A stretch of DNA of 64,000 bases, taken from an uncultured Planctomycetaceae bacterium (lineage in GTDB: Bacteria > Planctomycetota > Planctomycetia > Isosphaerales > Isosphaeraceae). Below the pieces are notes generated by a model. The model was not told the origin of the DNA. It saw nothing but the letters and a program-made list of their open reading frames with translations, and did not search any database. The stretch is from assembly GCA_963813575.1 (NCBI GenBank), contig CAWFAF010000062.1, positions 166,862-230,861 on the forward strand, given 5' to 3'. The position numbers were made by a program, and so were the translations under genes. Positions 55,939 to 64,000 of the stretch are shown piece by piece (positions within the stretch are counted from its first letter, which is position 1; every line of letters starts with the position of its first letter).

Positions 55939-57337
55939 TTAAGAATTGAGATCATATTCGCGAATCTTGTCGAAGAGGTGGCGACGGCTGATTCCCAGGC
56001 GCTCGGCCGTCCTTGTCCGGTTGCCGCCGCAGGCTCGAAGGGCCCGCTCGATGGCCCGCCGTTCTACCTCGGCCAGAAGTGCGGGTAACGGCAATGGCTC
56101 GGCAGCAGTCGCCGGCCTCTTGCTGCGCTGGCTCGGCCGCCAGTTCGACGTCGAGATGCTCAGGCAGAATCGCCCGGCCGCGCGAGGCGATGGCGGCACG
56201 AGCCAGGGCGTTTTCCAGTTGCCTGACGTTTCCCGGCCAAGGCCGCTGCCGCAAGGCTGGCAGTACCTCGGAGGCGAGGTTAAGCTCACGCCAGCCATGC
56301 CTCCGCTCGAGGCGGCGGAGGATGTACCTGGCCAGAGGCTCGATGTCCTCGGCACGGTCACGTAACGGCGGAATGGCGATCTGGACGACGTTCAGGCGGT
56401 AGAACAGGTCCTCGCGAAATCGACCTTCGACAACTTCCCTGGACAGTTCGCGGTGTGTGGCCGAGATCACGCGCGCGTCGGTACGAAGCGTCTCGGTCCC
56501 GCCCACGAGCTCGTATTCATGCTGCTGTAGCACGCGGAGAATCTTGGCCTGGGCCGGGAGGGGAAGCTCGGCGACCTCATCCAGCAAGATCGTCCCGCCC
56601 GCCGCGCGTTCAAATCGCCCTGGCTTGCGCCGATCCGCCCCGGTGAATGCCCCTTTCTCGTGACCGAACAGCTCGCTTTCAACCAATCCCTCCGGCAATG
56701 CCCCGCAGTTGACGCGAACGAACGGGCCGCTGGCTCGAGACGAGTGCCTGTGGATCGCGGCGGCGACCAGCTCCTTACCGGTGCCGCTCTCGCCGACGAT
56801 CAGGACCGGAGCGTCGTTCGCAGCGACCAATCCAATCAGTTTGAATACCTCACGCATCGCGGCGCTCTGGCCGATCAGCTCGGGCTCCTGGCCGTCGTCT
56901 TCGGGTGCGGCTGCGAGACCCTCTGACTCCGGCCGAGCCCGCAGAGCCTTGACCTCAAAGGCCAGGGCACGTTGCCGTAGGGCCCGCTTGAGCGTGAGCA
57001 GCACCTCGTCCAGGTCGAACGGCTTACTCAGATAGTCGTATGCGCCTCGCCTCATGGCCTCGATGGCAGCGGCCGAGCCCCCAAGCGCGGTGACCACAAT
57101 CACCGGCAATTCGGCCAGGAGCGGCTCGATCTCGGCAAGTACCGCCAGTCCATCTCGACCGGGCATCTTCAGATCCAGGAGCACGGCGTCGGGTTCCTTG
57201 TCGCGCATGCACTCCAGCGCCTCATCGCCGTTGGCCGCTTCCAGGGTAAAATAGCCTTCCGATTGAAGCAGCTTTACGAGATTGCGGCGGATCGTTCGAT
57301 CATCGTCAGCCACAAGAACCGTAGCGGGCAACGGCAT
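55939..57337 (-). CDS. sigma54-dependent response regulator, NtrC/ZraR family (frameshift ~56110)
   Basis: Receiver DLKMPG, GESGTGKE, ELFGHEKGAFTGA, FREDLFYRL, WPGNVRQL, Fis-type HTH GNRTRTAERLGISR. Confidence 0.95.
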
Positions 57338-58719
57338 CACTGAGGTTCTCCGTTGAGATGAGCCGGAGAGACCGGCAAGACGATCGTGAAGGACGCGCCC
57401 GGCCCGTCGGGCCGGTTGGCGGCCCGAAGGTCGCCGCGATGAGCCAGCGCGATTTCGCGGGCAATTGCCAGACCCAATCCGGTGCCCTCTGCCTTGGTCG
57501 TGAAGAAGGGCTCGAAGAGATGGCCCGTTACCTCGGGAGCAAGCCCCGGACCAGTATCGTCCACCGAGGCCAGAACGAACTGCCTTGACGGGTCGAACCG
57601 GGTTGACAGGCGAAGCGTGCCGCCTGCCGCCATGGCCTGGACCGCGTTGGTTGTCAGGTTGCGAAAAACCTGAAGCAGGGCCGACCGCGCCAGGGCCACC
57701 GGCGGCAGATCGGTCTGGAAGTTGACCTCGACTCTGACAGCCTTCAACTCCGCGGACCCCTCGGCCAGCCGGGCGGCCTCGGCGACCACGGCGTTGAGGT
57801 CTCCAGGAACGAGATCTTGAGCGTCGGCCCGCGAGAACTGGAGGAGCCGGGAAACAATTTCCTCCAGCCGATCAACCTCGTGGACCAGACCTCCGAGCGA
57901 CTCGTCGTCGAGCCCGACGACCCCGCGCTGCCAGAGTTGGGCCGTCGAGCGGATACCCGCCAGCGGATTGCGAACCTCGTGCGCGACGCCAGCCAGCAAT
58001 TTGCCGAGGGCCGCCAGGCGCTCACTGCGCCTCAGTTCAATCTGCAGCCTGTTCCGCTCAGACGCCTGCCGCCGGACTGTTCGCGCCAGCCCCGCCGTCA
58101 GCGCCAGGGCCAGCGCGATGCCGCCCAGCGCCAGGCCCGCGGCCAGCCGGTAGCCCTGGAGCGACCGGTCGACGAACAGAGGATCGACCAGTCGGGTCAG
58201 CACCCAGGTGGCCCCAGCCACGTGCCCGCGCACAATGAGCGGTTCGGTGCGAATCGCCACCGTGACAGGACTATCGCCTTCGAGCCCACCAATCGAGTAG
58301 AGTTTCTGTTGCTTACGAATCGCGGCATCAACTTGAATGTCGATGAGATCGGTCTCCAGCGGGGGCAGAAGACCGACGAACCCTCGGATCCTTTGCACGA
58401 AGTAGCCCCCTTCAACTCCCTCACGGCCGGCGAGCGCCCGAGTGACCTGGGCGGAAAGCTCTCGATCGAGCTTGGTTCGGGAGGTCTCCTCGGGAAAGTC
58501 GGGAAACTCGCCCACACGGGTCATGATTTCCTTGCCGCGATCGGCGAGCTCTGCGCCCGCCTGGTCCAGGAGTGCCTTCGCATCCGCTCGCCGCCGCTCT
58601 CGGGCCACCACCAGAGCGCCAGTCGTCCAGAGCGCCAGCAGCGCGGCCACGAACAGGGCGGCCACGATGCCGACCTGCACTCCTACCGGTAAGCGAAGTT
58701 GGCGCGGAGGAACTGGCAT
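57337..58719 (-). CDS. Membrane sensor histidine kinase
   Basis: Two TM helices, AHEVRNPL, NLTTNA, DTGPG, FEPFFTTK, GTGLGL. Confidence 0.95.
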   Translation of the reverse strand: MPVPPRQLRLPVGVQVGIVAALFVAALLALWTTGALVVARERRRADAKALLDQAGAELADRGKEIMTRVGEFPDFPEETSRTKLDRELSAQVTRALAGREGVEGGYFVQRIRGFVGLLPPLETDLIDIQVDAAIRKQQKLYSIGGLEGDSPVTVAIRTEPLIVRGHVAGATWVLTRLVDPLFVDRSLQGYRLAAGLALGGIALALALTAGLARTVRRQASERNRLQIELRRSERLAALGKLLAGVAHEVRNPLAGIRSTAQLWQRGVVGLDDESLGGLVHEVDRLEEIVSRLLQFSRADAQDLVPGDLNAVVAEAARLAEGSAELKAVRVEVNFQTDLPPVALARSALLQVFRNLTTNAVQAMAAGGTLRLSTRFDPSRQFVLASVDDTGPGLAPEVTGHLFEPFFTTKAEGTGLGLAIAREIALAHRGDLRAANRPDGPGASFTIVLPVSPAHLNGEPQ

Positions 58720-58959
58720 CAATAGGCCCTGGCCGCCTGGCTTGACCATACACCGACCTGTAGCGGGCAATCCCGCAAATGTTGCGCCGCGCTTCTTGCT
58801 GATCATCGGGCATGGTCGCATCTTCGTCGAATCACGGCAATGGTCACGTGATGGTTTCGTTCCGAGCGAGTGCGGATCTCGTTGAACTGAGCGCAGAAGC
58901 CCCGCGCTGTGAGGGATTCGTGCCCACTTGCTGGATCACGTCATGCGGCGCCAGGCACT

Positions 58960-58995
58960 GGGTACGATCCCCCCAAAGGCGGGGAGATCGTGCCC
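58960..58995. promoter_or_regulatory. Inverted repeat, candidate enhancer-binding-protein UAS
   Basis: GGGTACGATCCCCCC-N6-GGGGAGATCGTGCCC (13/15), ~70 bp upstream of the sigma54 -24 element. Confidence 0.5.
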
Positions 58996-59048
58996 GGTCG
59001 GGGAGCCGAAACTCGCGAAAAACGCGGGAATTCGGCCGTTCTTCGTGA

Positions 59049-59064
59049 TGGCATCCCGTGTGCT
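59049..59064 (+). promoter_or_regulatory. sigma54 promoter of the downstream operon
   Basis: TGGCATCCCGTGTGCT (GG-N10-GC), next to a divergent sigma54 activator gene. Confidence 0.65.
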
Positions 59065-59147
59065 TTGGATTCGGGGCGACAGCCCGCGGCGATCGCGGGC
59101 AGAGGGACTGACCTGAAACACAACATTGCTTTGAGAGGAGATTGAGC

Positions 59148-59966
59148 ATGCTCAAGCCATTGGCCACACTCATGACCCTGGTCATCGGCCTGGGACTGTC
59201 GGCCTTCTTGCCGGCACAGCCGCCCGGTCCCGAGCGAGGACCGCTGCCCAAGGCGAAAGGGAAGGAGCAAGCGAAGAAAAAAGGTGCGCCTGGCCCCAGG
59301 GGAGATTTGACGAAAGCCTACAATCTGCTTCGCCGTCTTCGCGCTCAGGACAATGCGGCGGGCCGGCCCGAGGAGCGGATCCGCGACTGGACCGAGCGCG
59401 CAAGCAGATACTATCGCGACGGCCTGAAGGCCTTCGATGACGGCGATGACTTCCTTGCCCACGAGTACGGGGCAATCGCCCACGACCTGGCGCGGGCCAG
59501 CGACCATGCCCAGAGCGCGGCCCTGCTGGACCGCCGCGAAAATGACCTGCCACCGCCGCCGGCCGGGCCGGGTGGCGATGACTCAGCCGAGCGAGATCGC
59601 CGCGACCTTCAGCGGGCGTTCGATCGGATCACCGAACTGGACGGCAGCGAGCCCGCCGCCGGTTCTGAATTCTATTTGAAAGCGGCTCGAGATCTGTACC
59701 GGGCCGCGCGCCGCGATCTCGAAGCCGGCCGCGAAGACCGGGGCGGCGAGCTTGCCCGAGCAGCCGAGGCGATGACTCATGTAACCGAGCATCTGGGCCA
59801 CGTAGCCGGCGGGGTACGCGGCAGCCGCGGCCTGCTTGGTTTCCGCTCCCGCGGCCGCGACGAACCCCCGCCGCCGCCGGCAGCTGATGACGAACCGAAA
59901 GCCAGGCTTAAAGCCAGACGCAATCTCGGCCGAGATTCAGAACTGCCGCCACCCTTGCCCAGATGA
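59148..59966 (+). CDS. Secreted helical hypothetical protein with internal duplication
   Basis: GAGGAG RBS, signal peptide ending LPA-Q, two related helical repeats each followed by poly-Pro. Confidence 0.8.
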   Translation: MLKPLATLMTLVIGLGLSAFLPAQPPGPERGPLPKAKGKEQAKKKGAPGPRGDLTKAYNLLRRLRAQDNAAGRPEERIRDWTERASRYYRDGLKAFDDGDDFLAHEYGAIAHDLARASDHAQSAALLDRRENDLPPPPAGPGGDDSAERDRRDLQRAFDRITELDGSEPAAGSEFYLKAARDLYRAARRDLEAGREDRGGELARAAEAMTHVTEHLGHVAGGVRGSRGLLGFRSRGRDEPPPPPAADDEPKARLKARRNLGRDSELPPPLPR

Positions 59967-60056
59967 ATGCCGTCGTCATGAAAACACAGGCCGGGCCCGG
60001 TGTCGACCGTCAGGAGCCCGGCCGTCAATCAGCCACTTACAGCGTGAGAGATCAGC

Positions 60057-61333
60057 ATGAACTGGCGCAATCGTATCGGACTTTACGGATCTTATTTCCT
60101 GGGAATGGCGGCGATTGGCTTCACCTTGCCCTATTTGCCGCTTTACATGAGCGAGAAAGGCCTGTCGGACCGAGCCATCGGCATCGTCTCGACGCTGGCG
60201 GCGGTTTCGGGTCTGGCACAGTTTCCGGTCGGGCTCTGGTCTGACCGGATTGGCTGGAGGAAACCTTTCCTGGTCGTTGCCCTGGCGGTGACGGCCCTCG
60301 CCACGTTGCTCTTGCGCGGAGCGCAAGGTCTCTTCTGGGTGAGTTTCCTCGTCATCCTGTTCGCTGAAAACGGCATCTGTCGCGCCGTGGTCGAGAGCCT
60401 TTCGGCGCAGAGGCCGCGGCCCTGGCACCGCCCGGAGCCGTCGGCGCGGCGCTCGGAGCCATTCGCTTCTGGAAACCCATTGGGATTATTCTCGTAGCCC
60501 TCACGGGTAGCTGGATCACAGAGCAGTATGGCGTGGGGGCGATGCTGCCTCTTCTGGCCGTGGTTCAAGCTCTGGCCGTTGGGTTCGCTCTCCTGATCCA
60601 CGAACCGGAACAGCAAGCCATGCCGCATCATTCCGCTGCAGAGCGGAATCGCGAACCGGGCACGCGGTACGCCGGGTCCAAGGCTGTCGCCGCCTGGCTG
60701 CCCAGGGATGCGGGACTGTGGGCCTTCGTGGTCGCCATGATTCTTTATCACGCCGCCAATGCTCCTGGGGGCGTCTATCTCGGCCTCTTTCTCAAGCGCG
60801 ATCTGCACGCACCTGAGCGGTTGCTCGCTTATGCCTTCGCGGTCAGCATGGTCGCCTGGATGCTCGTGGTCTGGCCCGCCGGCTGGCTTGCCGACCGCTG
60901 GGGCAGGAAGCCTCTCTTGATCGTGGGCTGGGCTGTCATGGCAACGCGGCTGGCGCTCGTGGCCCTGGTTCAAACCCCCTGGCTGGCCGTGGCCAACCAG
61001 ATGCTTGACGGCCTGGGCAACGGCCTGTTCGCGGTGATCGCCGGCGCCTGGGTGACCGACCGCCTGGCCGACCCGAGGCGGTCGGGTGAGGCGCAGGTGA
61101 TCGTCGGCTCGTGCCTCGTGTTCGGCTCGGCGATCGGCCCGGCCGTCTCGAGTGTGCTGGTCGAACCGCTGGGCTACCGCGGGCTTTTCTGGATGCTCGC
61201 CGGCGTGGGAGCGATGGCCACGGCCCTGGTAGTTTTCTTCGTCCCCGAAACTCTCGAGCGAGGCGAGGAGTTGGCAGGGGACAACGCGTTGGGACCAATG
61301 GCCACGACTTCCGACCTGTCGACAAGTCCCTGA
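60057..61333 (+). CDS. MFS transporter (frameshifts ~60405-60470)
   Basis: GLWSDRIGWRK and GWLADRWGRK motif A, multiple TM helices. Confidence 0.9.
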
Positions 61334-61389
61334 GCTACGCGTCGTGCGGCGTCGCCGTGAAAGCACCCCCAGCCGAGGAACCCTGGACC

Positions 61390-62634
61390 GTGACAACGAA
61401 TCAAGCCTCGATCTTCCTGGTCTCGACGATCTTCGGCCTGACCTATCTGGCACTCGCCCTGGGCAAGGTTCCCGGCCTGCTTACCAACCGCGCGGGGATC
61501 TCGCTGATTGGCGCCGCGGCCATGCTTGCCTGTGGCGTGCTGCCCTTGAGAGAGGCCGCCAAGGCGGTCAACTATGAGACCATCGTCTTGCTCTTCGGCA
61601 TGATGGTCGTGGTGGCTTACCTGCGACTGGCCGGGTTCTTCGCCCTGGCGACTGATTGGATCGCCATGCGCTTTCTCCGGTCCGTTCGCCCTGCTCGCGG
61701 TCGTCATCGCCGTCTCGGGAGTGCTATCGGCGTTCCTGGTCAACGACGTGGTCTGCGTGGCCCTCACGCCCCTGGTGCTGCACCTCTGCCAGCGGCTCAA
61801 GAAGCCCCCGATCCCCTACCTGGTCGGCCTGGCCACGGCCTCGAATATCGGCTCGGTGGCCACGATCACGGGCAATCCCCAGAACATCATGATAGGCTCG
61901 CTCTCTCATATTTCTTACCTTCAGTTCGCGGCTGTGCTGGCACCCGTGGCCGCGATCGGCCTTGTCTTGAATCTGTTCGTCGTCGCGCTGGTTTATCGCA
62001 GCACACTGACCGAGCCGGTCGAAGTCCCGACGGAAGACGCCACACCAGCTCGGCCTCGCGTTCATCGTCGGCTCCTGATCAAGAGCCTGGCCGTCGCCCT
62101 TGTCACCGTGGGACTCTTCTTCGCGGGCCAGCCAATCGCCCTTGTCGCTCTGGTGGCATCGGGTGTGCTCTTGCTCGATCGGGTCCGTCCCGAGAAAGTC
62201 TTCGGGGCGGTTGATTGGCCGCTGCTTGTCATGTTTTCCGGGCTCTTCATCATCGTCCACGCCTTCGAGGTCCACGTGGTAAGGACGTGGGGCCTCGAGC
62301 AGTGGCACGCCTTGCTCGATTCCCCCGTGGTCCTGGTCAGCGGCCTTTCGGTGCTGCTCTCGAACCTGGTGTCGAATGTACCGGCGGTGCTTCTGTTCAA
62401 GCCGCTCATGGACGTGATGCCGCAGAAAGAGCTGGCATGGCTGGCGCTCGCGATGTCAAGCACGCTGGCCGGCAACCTGACCGTGCTTGGCTCGGTTGCC
62501 AACCTGATCGTTGTCGAGAGCGCCGCCGCGCCGGTACCGAGCTCAGCTTCCTTGAATACCTCAAGGTGGGCGTTCCGCTCACGCTGCTGACGACCCTTGC
62601 CGGAATCGCCTGGCTCTCGCTGGTTGCCTATTGA
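61390..62634 (+). CDS. ArsB/NhaD-superfamily (YbiR-like) anion transporter (frameshifts ~61675, ~62520)
   Basis: LLFGMM, SAFLVND, ASNIGSVATITGNPQN, VDWPLL, SNLVSNVPAV, STLAGNLTVLGSVANLIV. Confidence 0.9.
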
Positions 62635-62674
62635 ATCCCGGTCGCCGCCCGAAGCGCAAGTTTTGGAGTGGATC

Positions 62675-63967
62675 ATGTTGAATGACGAGATGATCAAACC
62701 CTCGCGGAGAAGCCTGTTAGCGCTTGACGCACTCTATTTCGTGCTGTCCGACGTGCGAGGCGGGCTCAAGCCGTTCCTGGCCGTTTATCTCGCGGCGGCC
62801 CACCACTGGGACCCTTCCAGGATCGGCATGGCGATGGGCGTGATGGGAATCGCCGAGCTGGCCGCCCAGACTCCCTGCGGCGCTTTGACCGACGCCGCGC
62901 GCGACAAACGCGTGGTGATCGTGCTGGCCTTCCTGCTCGTCGGAGCCGGGTCGGTGGCCATGGTCGTCTGGCCGACGGCCTCGGTGATCCTCTTATCACA
63001 GGCGATCATCGGCGCGGCCGGGTCGATCTTCGGCCCGGCGCTGGCTGCGGTCAGCTTGGGGCTGGTGGGCCATGAGGGGATAGCGCGAAGGATGGGACGC
63101 AACCAGGCGCTCGACCATTCCGGCAACGTCGCCGCCGCCGCGCTGGCTGGATTGGTGGGAGACACGATCGGTTATGGCGGAATCTTCGTCGTGTCGGCTT
63201 GCATGTGCCTGGCAGGCGCGATCGCGACAACCTTGATCCGCGGCAGTGACATCGACTCTACCGGCGCTCGCGGCGGTGAGGTTGTCGAGCCCGAGAGCGC
63301 CACGCCCACAGCGCGAGCGACACAGACACAGGTCACGGGCGTCAGGCAGCTCCTGAGCGATCGTCGCCTGATGGCGTTCGCCGTGTCGGTCGTCTTGTTC
63401 CACTTGGCCAACGCGGCGATGCTGCCCTTGGTCGGGCAGAAGCTTGCCGCGGGATCCGACTCCCACGCTGCCGGCTCGATGGCTTCGGCGATCATCGCGG
63501 CCCAGCTCGTGATGATCCCGGTCGCCCTCGCTGCCAGCCGGCTTGCGGAGACCTGGGGACGGAAGCCGGTCTTCCTGATCGGCTTCCTGGTTCTGCCCGT
63601 GCGGGGCTTGCTATACACGCTGAGTGCCAATGCCTCGTACCTGGTCGCGGTTCAACTTCTGGACGGTATCGGGGCGGGCATCTTCGGAGTCGTCGGCGTG
63701 CTGATGATCGCCGACCTCACGCGCGGCACCGGGCGGTTCAGCTTCATGCAAGGGGCGCTCGCCACGGCGACGGGCCTGGGCGCGGCTCTGAGCAACGTCG
63801 TTACCGGCGCCGTGGTTCAATGGGCGGGCTTCGACGTCGGCTTCCTCGTGCTCGCGATGATTGCCGCGGTCGCCTTGTTTTATTTTGCCTTCGCCGTACC
63901 CGAGACCCGCCCGTCGCCCAGAACCATGCTTCCTGGCACGCGGGCGGCCTCGTTTTCCACGAATTAA
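62675..63967 (+). CDS. MFS transporter
   Basis: DVRGGLKPFL, GRNQALDHSGN, FHLANAAMLP, WGRKP, DLTRGTGRF. Confidence 0.9.
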   Translation: MLNDEMIKPSRRSLLALDALYFVLSDVRGGLKPFLAVYLAAAHHWDPSRIGMAMGVMGIAELAAQTPCGALTDAARDKRVVIVLAFLLVGAGSVAMVVWPTASVILLSQAIIGAAGSIFGPALAAVSLGLVGHEGIARRMGRNQALDHSGNVAAAALAGLVGDTIGYGGIFVVSACMCLAGAIATTLIRGSDIDSTGARGGEVVEPESATPTARATQTQVTGVRQLLSDRRLMAFAVSVVLFHLANAAMLPLVGQKLAAGSDSHAAGSMASAIIAAQLVMIPVALAASRLAETWGRKPVFLIGFLVLPVRGLLYTLSANASYLVAVQLLDGIGAGIFGVVGVLMIADLTRGTGRFSFMQGALATATGLGAALSNVVTGAVVQWAGFDVGFLVLAMIAAVALFYFAFAVPETRPSPRTMLPGTRAASFSTN

Positions 63968-64000
63968 AGGGATTCATCCATGCCGATGCAAACCGATCCC

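Noticed and set aside
1-64000. Pervasive frameshifts as pseudogenisation or programmed frameshifting
   Set aside because: They hit core genes (pyrG, nagA) and accessory genes alike, both halves keep intact motifs, and I saw no accompanying in-frame stops or shared slippery motif. This is typical of long-read indel error.

Overview
GC-rich bacterial DNA that looks planctomycetal, probably Isosphaerales-like. This is inferred from a DUF1549/DUF1553 + DUF1501 pair, an LEPR-XLL-type surface protein, a PEP-CTERM protein and a Ser/Thr kinase-phosphatase pair. Single-base frameshifts interrupt most long genes, including housekeeping pyrG, and are best read as long-read consensus errors. Core-like genes occupy about 1-12.9 kb and 40.2-55.0 kb. 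Between them is a ~27-kb accessory region bounded by diverged copies of the 3' end of a FlK-like thioesterase gene (intact gene 40166-40573; displaced 3' ends at 12901-12994 and 13871-13906). No integrase is visible in that region. Its cargo is: a PIN toxin-antitoxin pair; a TetR gene; a DUF3141/MaoC-Pta/AckA/FabI/CoA-transferase/BdhA operon; a GH130 gene between IS66-like termini; an EmrAB-type pump with a partial paralog; an IS4 element with a nested IS1-family element; and a lipoprotein/hydrolase/ABC block. The same 20-bp operator overlaps the promoters of the DUF3141 operon and the pump. From ~55.3 kb there is an orphan Xis-like ORF and a sigma54 two-component system facing a sigma54-promoted transporter operon. 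No rRNA, tRNA or CRISPR array was recognised. All calls are by eye, without database searches.
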